Origin: a virus
Lineage: Duplodnaviria > Caudoviricetes
Length of the DNA stretch: 40,916 nt
Strand: one strand, 5' to 3'
Virus record (IMG/VR): IMGVR_UViG_3300020045_009122
Span: 1-40,916 of that record
The stretch's first letter is position 1. Each line of letters opens with the position of its first letter. A program made the position numbers and the translations under genes. The notes beneath the pieces were generated by a model, which was not told where the DNA came from, did not search any database, and saw nothing but the letters and a program-made list of their open reading frames with translations. This document shows positions 29,383-37,669 of this stretch, piece by piece.

Positions 29383-29847
29383 ATGAAGATCACTAAAATC
29401 ACAATCGGAAGGCTCTACAACTTGGGAAATTATGAGCACGTCCGCTACGAACTGACCGCCGAAGTGAAAGACGGAGAAAGCGCCACGACCGCTATCACTG
29501 GCATGGAGAAAATACTCGTCGGACTTGCGCCGCTCAAGAATGCCTGCATCAAAAGCGCCGGTGAGCTTAAGCGAATGGCCAACGAAGTCGAAGAAATGAA
29601 AACGATGCCGGTAGTGGACTGGGAGCGACGCTACGGACATCGCAAAGGAACGGCTTCGGAGGAGATAGACCGCTATCAGAAGTCTCTTGAGGATGAAACT
29701 ATCAAGAGAAATGTCGCCCTAGACCGCGCTCGGCAAGCTCGCAAACTATTCGATGACCTCGGCGGCGCGGCACAATGGAAGGATGCCAAACTCGATTGGG
29801 ATGACTACGACAACGATGACTACGACAACGATGACCAGGAATTCTAA
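29383..29847 (+). CDS. Hypothetical protein with acidic C-terminal tail
   Basis: AAGGAG RBS; GRLYNLGNYEHVRYEL; ends DDYDNDDYDNDDQEF. Confidence 0.65.
   Translation: MKITKITIGRLYNLGNYEHVRYELTAEVKDGESATTAITGMEKILVGLAPLKNACIKSAGELKRMANEVEEMKTMPVVDWERRYGHRKGTASEEIDRYQKSLEDETIKRNVALDRARQARKLFDDLGGAAQWKDAKLDWDDYDNDDYDNDDQEF
29800..29835 (+). repeat. 15-bp tandem repeat (GATGACTACGACAAC x2.4)
   Basis: Read directly; encodes DDYDN repeats. Confidence 0.8.
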
Positions 29848-29850
29848 CCT

Positions 29851-30591
29851 ATGAGCGACTCAAAAGAACTTGCAGCCGTCGGGCAGCAACTCCCGGCAAA
29901 ACAAAGTCCAACCGTAGGCGACATGCTCCACGCGGTCATTGAACGCGGGGTGACAGGCGAGAACGTCGCGGCAGTCGCTGAGCTTGCAAAGCTCTGGAAG
30001 CAAACCCAGGAATGGGACGCGGAAAAACGATTCGTCGAGGCGTTCGTCGCGCTCCAAGCGGACGTTCCGAAAGTCCAAGCGACCAAGGCTGTACCCAACA
30101 ACGATGGAACCGTTCGCTACAAGTTCGCACCGTTCGAGGATCTCATGGAGCAAGTGCAACCCATGCTCCAGCGGCATGGGTTCACCGTATCATTCAGCAG
30201 CCGGGTCGATGCGGGCCGGATCATCTCGACGTGTATCCTGCAACACGTCGGCGGTCATAAGCGCTTAAACGAATTCGCTGTGAGGATCGGCTCCGGGCCT
30301 CCGAAGGCAACTGAGGCGCAGGCGGACGGCGCGGCGGCGACCTACGCGAAACGGTTCGCTCTTACCGAGGCGCTCAACATCGTCGTGGGACATTTAGATG
30401 ATGACGCACGCAACGAGGGCAGCACCATCACCCCGGAGCAAGCAGCAGCGCTGGCAAAGCGCGTTGTGGCTACAGGAAGCAACGCGGAGGCGTTCCTCAA
30501 ATACGCCGGTGCGGCGGACTACGAGTCAATCGCGGCGGTGAAGTATCCATTGCTCGATGAACTCCTTAAAAAGAAGGAGCGGAAACCATGA
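29851..30591 (+). CDS. ERF-family single-strand annealing protein
   Basis: YKFAPFED, HVGGH, QADGAAATYAKRFAL...DDDA motifs. Confidence 0.88.
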   Translation: MSDSKELAAVGQQLPAKQSPTVGDMLHAVIERGVTGENVAAVAELAKLWKQTQEWDAEKRFVEAFVALQADVPKVQATKAVPNNDGTVRYKFAPFEDLMEQVQPMLQRHGFTVSFSSRVDAGRIISTCILQHVGGHKRLNEFAVRIGSGPPKATEAQADGAAATYAKRFALTEALNIVVGHLDDDARNEGSTITPEQAAALAKRVVATGSNAEAFLKYAGAADYESIAAVKYPLLDELLKKKERKP

Positions 30592-31238
30592 TCATCCACG
30601 ACACCAAACAGGGCTCAGAGGAATGGTTTGGCCTGCGGGCAGGCATCCCGACGGCCAGCGAGTTTGATAACCTAGTGACGCCGCTCGGAAAAATCCGCGA
30701 GGGTGAGATGCCCAAAAGTTTTCTCGCGCGGAAAGTCGCGGAAGCATGGCTCGGTGGACCACTACCTTCCGCTGGATTCTTTGATGCCGAACAGGGTCAG
30801 ATCCTGGAGCAAGAGGCAATCCCGTTCTTGGAATTCGAGTATGGCTGGAAAATCTCGAGGCCGGGCTTCATCACGACGGATGACAAACGGATCGGCTGCT
30901 CACCTGACGGCCTGATCGAATCGGAAGGCTGTGGCGTCGAGGTGAAGTGTCCACGGGCAGATACGCATGTCGGCTACCTGCTCTCGGGTGGAATTCCAAA
31001 GGACTACGTCTGTCAAGTCCAGGGCTCCCTGCTGGTCACCGGATTGCACCAGTGGAAATTCGTTTCCTACCGGCGGCACTTTCCGTCGTTGGTGCTCACA
31101 GTCGGACGCGACGAAAAACTGCAATCGGCACTGACCGATGCGCTGTCGGGATTCCTTGTTTCGCTTCGGGAAGCGATGGAGCGGCTGAAGCAACTCAACG
31201 GCGATGATGCGCCGCTCTCACATGCCGCGCTGGTCTAA
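30588..31238 (+). CDS. YqaJ / lambda exonuclease-like protein
   Basis: QGSEEW..LRAG..TAS, GCSPDG, VEVKCP, YVCQVQG. Confidence 0.92.
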   Translation: MIIHDTKQGSEEWFGLRAGIPTASEFDNLVTPLGKIREGEMPKSFLARKVAEAWLGGPLPSAGFFDAEQGQILEQEAIPFLEFEYGWKISRPGFITTDDKRIGCSPDGLIESEGCGVEVKCPRADTHVGYLLSGGIPKDYVCQVQGSLLVTGLHQWKFVSYRRHFPSLVLTVGRDEKLQSALTDALSGFLVSLREAMERLKQLNGDDAPLSHAALV

Positions 31239-31515
31239 AGAAAATCTTTCAGCATTCTATGAACGGCAAAATCGTGCTGGTAGTAAAGGACCTCGGCCAT
31301 GTGCCGAGCTTCAAAAACTCGAAGATGCTGACACGGGGGCGTCTCATCACAAAGCCCGAAAGGCAAAAGTGGATGGCTCGTTGCATCCAAAGTTTTCTTG
31401 CTCAGTTGTCTTGCTCGTCTCAGACAATCGCCGTCGAGATGCGAGCGGCGCGCTCGACACCCTACTTGACTGCTTGGTCGCCGCGATTCGACGATTCAGT
31501 TCAATGGATTCCTGA
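31222..31515 (+). CDS. Overlapping ORF carrying the RusA-like central motif
   Basis: SVVLLVSDNRRRDASGALDTLLDCLV resembles RusA PD.RRRDLDN..K.L.D.L. Confidence 0.5.
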   Translation: MPRWSKENLSAFYERQNRAGSKGPRPCAELQKLEDADTGASHHKARKAKVDGSLHPKFSCSVVLLVSDNRRRDASGALDTLLDCLVAAIRRFSSMDS

Positions 31516-31585
31516 CATCAAAATCACGACGCAGATTGTGGCAAAAGGCAAAGAGGGGGCAATCGTGATCCTGGAAAAATTATGA
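31259..31585 (+). CDS. RusA-like Holliday junction resolvase (N- and C-terminal motifs, central motif absent)
   Basis: GHVPSFKNS, TKPERQKW, DDSVQWI, GAIVILEKL. Confidence 0.6.
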   Translation: MNGKIVLVVKDLGHVPSFKNSKMLTRGRLITKPERQKWMARCIQSFLAQLSCSSQTIAVEMRAARSTPYLTAWSPRFDDSVQWIPDIKITTQIVAKGKEGAIVILEKL

Positions 31586-31872
31586 GATCGCATTCTTACC
31601 GGCCAATCTCACCGCCGGACGGGCCGAAGGACGCGCCGCAAGAACCGTCTGACCCAGAGCAATTCCTCGGACTGAGAATAGTTGATTTTTCACAATTCGA
31701 TGGTGTCTCGGGGCTGATGGCTCATCTGTTGGAGCCCAATTGCCCAGTGCCGTTCTGGCTGAGGGTAGGGAAAGCGACGTTCGGAATCACGCAACACAAT
31801 CGAGATGCTGTTGCGCGAGGGTTGTTGATCGCGATGGAGATCGCCGCGCTTGACAAGGAGCGCGGCGAGTGA
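31582..31872 (+). CDS. Hypothetical protein
   Basis: ATGA-coupled 96 aa ORF. Confidence 0.5.
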   Translation: MRSHSYRPISPPDGPKDAPQEPSDPEQFLGLRIVDFSQFDGVSGLMAHLLEPNCPVPFWLRVGKATFGITQHNRDAVARGLLIAMEIAALDKERGE

Positions 31873-32018
31873 GATGAATGGCGAGCAGTCAACGGCCCGA
31901 CAGCCAAACATGAAAATCAATTCTGATCTGGTCCACTCGTCGCAAAAGGCTTCAAGCTTCGCTCCCGCGCGGCTGCATGTGCCTCTGTCGGCTTCGGGTG
32001 GACCAACTCAGGATTGAT

Positions 32019-32852
32019 ATGCCAGAAAAAATTCCACTCACACCTAACGAGCGAAAGCGTTACGAGATTTGCAAAAAGCAAATCTCGGACGGGTTGCAAA
32101 CTGTTTTCGATACCGGAACCGCCATTATGGAAATCCGAGACTCGAAATTGTACCGCGAGGAATTCGACACCTTCAAAGATTTCTGCAAGCAAACCTATAA
32201 AATCGGCGAGGCCCACGCCTACCGAATGATCGAAGCGGCCGATGTTAAGGATAGTCTGAAAAACTCTCCAATTGGAGAGGAAATTAAAAACGAGGCGCAA
32301 GCACGCGAACTCGCCAATGTGCCGGAAAAGCTTCGAGAAAAGCTCATAAAGCAAATCGTCAAATCAGGCGTCCCCGTGACAGCGGAAGCGATCAAAGAAG
32401 CCAACGCCTGCCTAACAACCGAGAAAAAAGGGAGTCTGAAAATGTCTCCAATTGGAGACAAAATCAAAAATGACAGTCCGATCAAGGACGCGGTAGAACT
32501 GGACCGCGAGCGATGGCCGATACCAGCAAAGTCACTCGAAATCTGGAGTCGCAAACAGGAGATCCAGGAGCTCCTCACGGGGCTCAGCCGGATCAAGTGC
32601 AGAGTCGAAAAAGCCGACGGCGACTTGCTCTTCCACGTTCGGAGTTACCAGCGGTGCCTGGAGACTCTCAATGCCGCGTATTTCCTGCTCACCAACTTTA
32701 TGCCATACGCGGTGTGCCCGGGGTGCAACGGGCAGGTTCCAAAATCCTGTACATGGTGCCTGGGTCGCGGGTTCATATCAGAGCAAGAATGGAATGCGCC
32801 GGACGACAATCTGAAAAAGATTAAGAAAATCCGAGCGGCGCAAATAAAATGA
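32019..32852 (+). CDS. Putative DNA-binding/replication-associated protein with C-terminal Zn finger
   Basis: G.AIMEIRDSKLYRE.F.TF..FC...AYRMIEAA helical domain; CPGCNG..CTWCLGRG DnaJ-type CxxCxG motifs. Confidence 0.65.
   Translation: MPEKIPLTPNERKRYEICKKQISDGLQTVFDTGTAIMEIRDSKLYREEFDTFKDFCKQTYKIGEAHAYRMIEAADVKDSLKNSPIGEEIKNEAQARELANVPEKLREKLIKQIVKSGVPVTAEAIKEANACLTTEKKGSLKMSPIGDKIKNDSPIKDAVELDRERWPIPAKSLEIWSRKQEIQELLTGLSRIKCRVEKADGDLLFHVRSYQRCLETLNAAYFLLTNFMPYAVCPGCNGQVPKSCTWCLGRGFISEQEWNAPDDNLKKIKKIRAAQIK
32264..32460. repeat. Two palindromes with TCTCCAATTGGAGA core, 180 bp apart
   Basis: CTCTCCAATTGGAGAG at 32264-32279 and TGTCTCCAATTGGAGACA at 32443-32460, each preceded by AGTCTGAAAA. 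Confidence 0.8.
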
Positions 32853-34594
32853 GCGCGTTCAAACTCCGAGATTATCAGAGGGAAGCCTCGGACGGCGTGT
32901 TGTCTGACTTCAAAGAAAACAGCTCGACGCTCGGGGTGCTCTACACTGGCGGGGGCAAGACGATAATTTTCGCCGATGTCATCCGGCGCATGAGGCCGCA
33001 GCGTGCAATGGTGCTCGCACACCGCGAGGAGTTGATCTGGCAGGCGCGCGACAAGATCGAGGCAACGACCGGGCTCAACTGCGAAATCGAGATGGCCGAC
33101 CTTCGCGCGAACAACACATTGTTCTCGAATGCGGATGTCGTGGTTGGGACTGTCCAGACCCAGATCGCAGGGAAGAACGGCGGGCGCAAGGAGCGGTTCG
33201 ATCCGATGGACTTCGGGCTTCTGATCATCGACGAGGCGCACCATGCGACCAGCGACAGCTACAAGCAGATCATCGAATACTACCGCAAGAATCCAGATCT
33301 GAAAATTCTGGGGGTTACGGCCACACCGGATCGAACCGACGAGGAGGCGCTCGGTCAAATATTTCAATCCGTCGCATTCGACTTCGAAATTTTGGACGGC
33401 ATCCATGATGGCTGGCTAGTGCCGGTCGATCAGCAAATGGTGAGCATCAAGGGACTCGATTTCTCGAATGTGCGGACCACGTGCGGAGATCTGAATGGTG
33501 CTGAACTGGCGGCAATCATGGAGGCCGAAAGCAATCTGCAAGGCGTGGTTGGAAGCGCAATCGAGATCATCGGCGACAAGCGCGCGCTCATGTTCACGTC
33601 ATCCGTGCTGCACGCGGAGAAGTCCTGCGAACTGTTCAACCGTCACAAGGCGGGCATAGCGGAGTGGGTGTGCGGAAACACGGATAAGGACGTCCGCAGA
33701 GACATGCTCAAAAAGTATGCTGACGGTTCGGTGCAGATCGTTGTCAACTGCAATTGTCTGTCCGAGGGATTCGATAATCCGGCAGTCGAAGTCATCATCC
33801 AGGCCAAGCCGACCAAGAGCAGATCTCTCTACGCGCAGCAGATCGGGCGCGCCACACGGCCATTGCCAGGCGTTGTGGATGGACCAGAGACAGCCGAATT
33901 GCGCCGCGCAGCAATCGCTGCTAGCGCCAAGCCGTCATGCCTGATCGTCGATTACGTCGGAGTCTCGGGGAAACACAAACTCGTTTACGCATCCGACATC
34001 CTCGGAGGAAAGGTCAGCGACGCGGCGATTGATCGCGCGAACAAAGTGGCGCAAGACCGTGGTGTCCCCGTGCGCGTATCCGATCTGTTGGACAAGTCAG
34101 AGGCCGACATCCAACGTGAAGCCGAAGAGCGGAGGATGGCTGAGGAACGAAAACGCGCAGAAGAATTGCGGCGCCGGGCCGTCGTCGCGAAAGTGTCCTA
34201 CTCCGCAAAATTCGTCAATCCGTTCGACGTCCTGGAAATTATTCCCGTGCGGCAGCGAGGTTGGGACAACAATCGGATGCTTTCCGAGAAGCAGCGAAAT
34301 CTGTTGCTCAAGCAAGGCATCAACGCAGACGAGATTCCCTACGCGCAAGCCCGGCAATTGATCGGTGAGATTTTTCACCGCTGGGGAAAGCATCAGGCGA
34401 CGTTCAAGCAGGCGAAAGTCCTCAAGAAATACGGCTATGAAACGAAAGTCTCCATGACCGAGGCGACGAAGATCATCGACGCAATCGCGGCCAACGGTTG
34501 GAAGAAACCTAACGCCGTGCTCCAAGCGCCGCCCACACCACCGGCTCAATCGGACGCGCCGCCAATCGAACACTACGACGAGGTTCCATTTTGA
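32849..34594 (+). CDS. Superfamily 2 DEAH helicase
   Basis: LRDYQ, TGGGKT, DEAHH, TATP, LSEGFD, QQIGRATR. Confidence 0.95.
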   Translation: MSAFKLRDYQREASDGVLSDFKENSSTLGVLYTGGGKTIIFADVIRRMRPQRAMVLAHREELIWQARDKIEATTGLNCEIEMADLRANNTLFSNADVVVGTVQTQIAGKNGGRKERFDPMDFGLLIIDEAHHATSDSYKQIIEYYRKNPDLKILGVTATPDRTDEEALGQIFQSVAFDFEILDGIHDGWLVPVDQQMVSIKGLDFSNVRTTCGDLNGAELAAIMEAESNLQGVVGSAIEIIGDKRALMFTSSVLHAEKSCELFNRHKAGIAEWVCGNTDKDVRRDMLKKYADGSVQIVVNCNCLSEGFDNPAVEVIIQAKPTKSRSLYAQQIGRATRPLPGVVDGPETAELRRAAIAASAKPSCLIVDYVGVSGKHKLVYASDILGGKVSDAAIDRANKVAQDRGVPVRVSDLLDKSEADIQREAEERRMAEERKRAEELRRRAVVAKVSYSAKFVNPFDVLEIIPVRQRGWDNNRMLSEKQRNLLLKQGINADEIPYAQARQLIGEIFHRWGKHQATFKQAKVLKKYGYETKVSMTEATKIIDAIAANGWKKPNAVLQAPPTPPAQSDAPPIEHYDEVPF

Positions 34595-35439
34595 GTGCGA
34601 GTATCCAATGGGTGAGGGTGACGCGGACTAACAAATGTCCGGTGTGCGATCACGGAGATTGGTGCACCTACAGCCAATTAGGATCTTGCTGCATGAGAGT
34701 CCAGAGCGATAAGCCGATGAAGAATGGCGGATGGCTCCACGCGACAGACGGTGAGACATCGCGCGTCCAACCAGTTACCCAAGAGAAGGTCAAAGCAAAG
34801 TTGAACGTCACGGAACTGATGCGCGAATGGAAGAGCAATACGCTGCCTGAGTGGATCGATCAGTTAGCGACGGAACTTGGAGTGTCTAGAGTGTCGCTCG
34901 TCGCGCTAGGGGTTGCGTGGGCAGCGGAACACCGCGCTTGGGCATTCCCGATGTTCGACGGCTACGGCGAGCCTATTGGAATCCGGCTCCGAACTATCGA
35001 AGGCAGAAAGTTGGCCGTGGCAGGCAGCCGCAACGGATTGTTCATTCCCGAAATGCCGGCCGCTCGAACAGCCTGGATCACTGAGGGACCCACAAGCGCC
35101 GCGGCGGCCATCACGCTCGGCTTGTTCCCAGTGTCGCGTCCATCCTGTAGCGGTTCGCTGGGTGACGTCCCAATTGCCTGCCGACGGCTCGGTATCCAGC
35201 GGGCAGTGATCGTCGCGGACAATGATCGCGACAAGTCCATGCCGAACGGATCCACATGGAATCCAGGTGTAGGATCGACTGTGAAACTGGCTGAGATTAT
35301 GAAAATCCCGACGTGCGTTTACGTCCCCCCGGCTAAGGATATCAGAGATTTCTTACGGCTCGGTGGAACCGCTGAAATGATTCATGCGACCGTAAAAAAT
35401 CTCGTGTGGCGCGTGGACCCGAAGGCCGAAAACCTATGA
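34591..35439 (+). CDS. Primase-like protein (Zn finger + TOPRIM)
   Basis: CPVCDH.DWC, ITEGPTSAAA, IVADND, AKDIRDF. Confidence 0.8.
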   Translation: MSASIQWVRVTRTNKCPVCDHGDWCTYSQLGSCCMRVQSDKPMKNGGWLHATDGETSRVQPVTQEKVKAKLNVTELMREWKSNTLPEWIDQLATELGVSRVSLVALGVAWAAEHRAWAFPMFDGYGEPIGIRLRTIEGRKLAVAGSRNGLFIPEMPAARTAWITEGPTSAAAAITLGLFPVSRPSCSGSLGDVPIACRRLGIQRAVIVADNDRDKSMPNGSTWNPGVGSTVKLAEIMKIPTCVYVPPAKDIRDFLRLGGTAEMIHATVKNLVWRVDPKAENL

Positions 35440-35660
35440 CCACTGAAAACCACAACGAACACTCAGCGCTCGACCATTTTCTCGAAACTCATGGCGAAGA
35501 TTTCCTGTCGTGGCGAGACGGCTGCATCGTTGTCGAAACCTACTACGACAAGAAATTTCGGGCGCTTGGCGGCGACACGCGGCGTCTGATTTCATTCTTC
35601 GAGGACTACTGCAACATGACCGATGCGAGCCGTCACTATCTCGCCGCACTGAATGGTTAA
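35436..35660 (+). CDS. Hypothetical protein
   Basis: ATGA-coupled to primase; its stop lies within an attC-like core. Confidence 0.5.
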   Translation: MTTENHNEHSALDHFLETHGEDFLSWRDGCIVVETYYDKKFRALGGDTRRLISFFEDYCNMTDASRHYLAALNG

Positions 35661-35665
35661 GAGTC
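35641..35665 (-). repeat. attC-like left arm (R''-L'')
   Basis: Minus strand GACTCTTAAC-CATTC-AGTGCGGCGA. Confidence 0.5.
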
Positions 35666-35669
35666 ATTT

Positions 35670-36098
35670 ATGAGCAGAAGTGGATATAGCTACGAATGTG
35701 AAAATCTCGAACTCTATCGAGCCTCCGTGGACCGTGCGCTGCATGGAAAACGCGGACAAGCGTTCCTCCGTGAACTCGCCGCCGCGATGGACGCAATGCC
35801 CGAGAAAGTGCTCATCGCTGGAGAACTTGTGAGCGAAAAAGGCGAGTGCTGCACCATCGGCGTGGTGTGCAAAGCTCGACAATTGGATGTCAGCCGCGTG
35901 GACTGCTACGATCCTGATTCCGTCGCCAAGGCAATCGGTGTAGCGCGTTCTATGGCTGCGGAAATCGAATACATGAACGACGAGTGGGGAACGGCAAGTG
36001 AACTGCCGAACGAGCGATGGAATCGGATGCGCAAATGGGTGTCCGACAACCTCGCGGCTCAGACTCCTAACGACAAAGCTCAGCGACCTGGCACATGA
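35670..36098 (+). CDS. Hypothetical phage protein (cassette-borne)
   Basis: MSRSGYS..GKRGQAFLREL..EIEYMNDE; C-terminus PNDKAQRP is encoded by an attC-like arm. Confidence 0.75.
   Translation: MSRSGYSYECENLELYRASVDRALHGKRGQAFLRELAAAMDAMPEKVLIAGELVSEKGECCTIGVVCKARQLDVSRVDCYDPDSVAKAIGVARSMAAEIEYMNDEWGTASELPNERWNRMRKWVSDNLAAQTPNDKAQRPGT
36062..36092 (-). repeat. attC-like right arm (L'-R')
   Basis: Minus strand GCCAGGTCGCTGAG-CTTTGTC-GTTAGGAGTC. Confidence 0.65.
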
Positions 36099-36511
36099 CC
36101 CGTTCCGCACTAATCCTATGCCTAGCACTCTCGGCTTGCTCCACTAAGCAACCCGAGGGCATCGAGACAATCCCGCAGGCGGTTGAGATGGGTGCCTACC
36201 TCGCAGCCAAGCGCACGATCTTAGTCAAACCGGACTACCGGCAGGACTTCCAAAGCTGTGCGGACACCCTTGGAGTGCTTATCGACGATTGGGGGAACAT
36301 GGATGCGCCGCGCCCGATCACGATGAAGCAGCTTCAGCAAACCCTCGCATGCTTACCTGTGTCAGAGATGCGCTCCTCCGGCGGCGCGCTGATTGTCCGC
36401 AAGGATGATGTGCTATTCAACTACGAGCCACTGGCACGCGAGATGATCCTGCCCGTGGCCGTCGCTGTGCGGGCGGGGCTGGAGCGGTTCCTAGAGCATG
36501 ACGACCATTGA
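36095..36511 (+). CDS. Putative lipoprotein
   Basis: MTRSALILCLALSAC lipobox (LSAC). Confidence 0.65.
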   Translation: MTRSALILCLALSACSTKQPEGIETIPQAVEMGAYLAAKRTILVKPDYRQDFQSCADTLGVLIDDWGNMDAPRPITMKQLQQTLACLPVSEMRSSGGALIVRKDDVLFNYEPLAREMILPVAVAVRAGLERFLEHDDH

Positions 36512-36517
36512 AACTTT

Positions 36518-37165
36518 ATGCGCATACTGATCCCAGCATATTTCTACCCGGGGCCGATTTGGGACACGTTGATCGAAACAGCGTCCGACGGTGTGAGTGT
36601 CATCATCAATCCCAACAGCGGGCCTGGGGCACTCTACAGCGACAATTACGGACGGCTGTGCGTGCAGTTGCGTAAGCGCGGTATTGACATGCTGGGTTAC
36701 GTCGCCACGGGGTGGGGCGAGCGACCAATGATAAAAGTGCATTCCGACATTGACACTTACCGCTTGTTCTACGGAATCCAGAACACATTCCTTGATGAAG
36801 CCGCCACAAGCCCAGAGAAGCGCGATTATTACGGTGAGTTTTACCGCGATAGCCTTGGAATGGTGATCCTCAATCCCGGAACTATCCCCGATGAATCCTA
36901 TACCGAAGTCAGCGAGGTGCTGGTGATATTTGAAGATTCACTGGCCACTCACAAGATCGCAAAGTTCCCGTCGTGGCTGCGCCAGCATCCGCGGGACAAG
37001 TTCGCGCAGATCGTTCACACATGCCCCAAGGCGGGCGAGATGCGCAAAGCTCTCGCTCGGATTAAGCCGGTCGCCGGTTGGGCCTATGTGACAGACGACG
37101 TGGTGCCTAACCCTTACGATTCGCTGCCGGGCTACTGGCGCGAAGAACTCAAGGTGACAAAATGA
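36518..37165 (+). CDS. Spherulin-4 family (GH135-like) glycoside hydrolase
   Basis: ILIPAYFYP, IINPNSGPG, LGYVAT, FLDE, ILNPG, VIFED, YVTDD..NPYDSLPGYW. Confidence 0.9.
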   Translation: MRILIPAYFYPGPIWDTLIETASDGVSVIINPNSGPGALYSDNYGRLCVQLRKRGIDMLGYVATGWGERPMIKVHSDIDTYRLFYGIQNTFLDEAATSPEKRDYYGEFYRDSLGMVILNPGTIPDESYTEVSEVLVIFEDSLATHKIAKFPSWLRQHPRDKFAQIVHTCPKAGEMRKALARIKPVAGWAYVTDDVVPNPYDSLPGYWREELKVTK

Positions 37166-37194
37166 ATGACAAACATCAAAAGGCCGGGTTCGCT
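37150..37194 (+). repeat. 45-bp direct repeat copy 1
   Basis: CAAGGTGACAAAATGAATGACAAACATCAAAAGGCCGGGTTCGCT, identical to 37721-37765. Confidence 0.95.
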
Positions 37195-37213
37195 CCAACC
37201 CGTTGTTCGAGCG
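37182..37213 (-). repeat. attC-like left arm (R''-L'')
   Basis: Minus strand CGCTCGAAC-AACGG-GTTGGAGCGAACCCGGCC. Confidence 0.65.
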
Positions 37214-37260
37214 TCCGGTAAACGACTTACAAACAATCGAAAGAAAAGTAAAAATAGTTC

Positions 37261-37288
37261 TTGATATACGCAACCGATTGCGTATAGT
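37261..37288 (+). promoter_or_regulatory. Sigma70-like promoter with overlapping operator
   Basis: TTGATA-N16-TATAGT; palindrome TATACGCAA-CCGA-TTGCGTATA at 37265-37286; A-rich upstream tract. Confidence 0.7.
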
Positions 37289-37334
37289 AATACCAACGAT
37301 AGCAATGAAGCTGTCGGGTAGCTGAAAGAACAAA

Positions 37335-37517
37335 ATGAAAGATCGGAAACAATACTACGTTCGGTGGAACAACGACTCATACGCTGGAGCTTTGGATGGT
37401 CACTATACCTCGAAGAAAAAAGCTAAAAAGGCGGCGGCGGCGGCGCGACGGGACGACAAGAAATATCCAGCGTTTCAGTCACCGTGTCGGTTCACGGTAG
37501 AAGTGCTTGAATCATGA
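37335..37517 (+). CDS. Small basic hypothetical protein
   Basis: 60 aa downstream of the promoter; ATGA-coupled to the next gene. Confidence 0.6.
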   Translation: MKDRKQYYVRWNNDSYAGALDGHYTSKKKAKKAAAAARRDDKKYPAFQSPCRFTVEVLES

Positions 37518-37669
37518 AAAACCCAGCCGCGGTAGCTCTTGGCCGGCTTGGTGGTAAAGCCGGGACTGGAAACGCCAAAGCGCGGACCTCGGAGCAGGCC
37601 CGCGCTGCGGTCAATGCTCGGTGGGCCAAACGCAAACCCAAGCGCGTCGCCCGGCGCTCGAACGACTGA
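37514..37669 (+). CDS. 51-aa basic protein MKNPAAVALGRLGG...ARWAKR, not in the ORF track
   Basis: Translated by hand: MKNPAAVALGRLGGKAGTGNAKARTSEQARAAVNARWAKRKPKRVARRSND. Confidence 0.75.
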   Translation: MKNPAAVALGRLGGKAGTGNAKARTSEQARAAVNARWAKRKPKRVARRSND

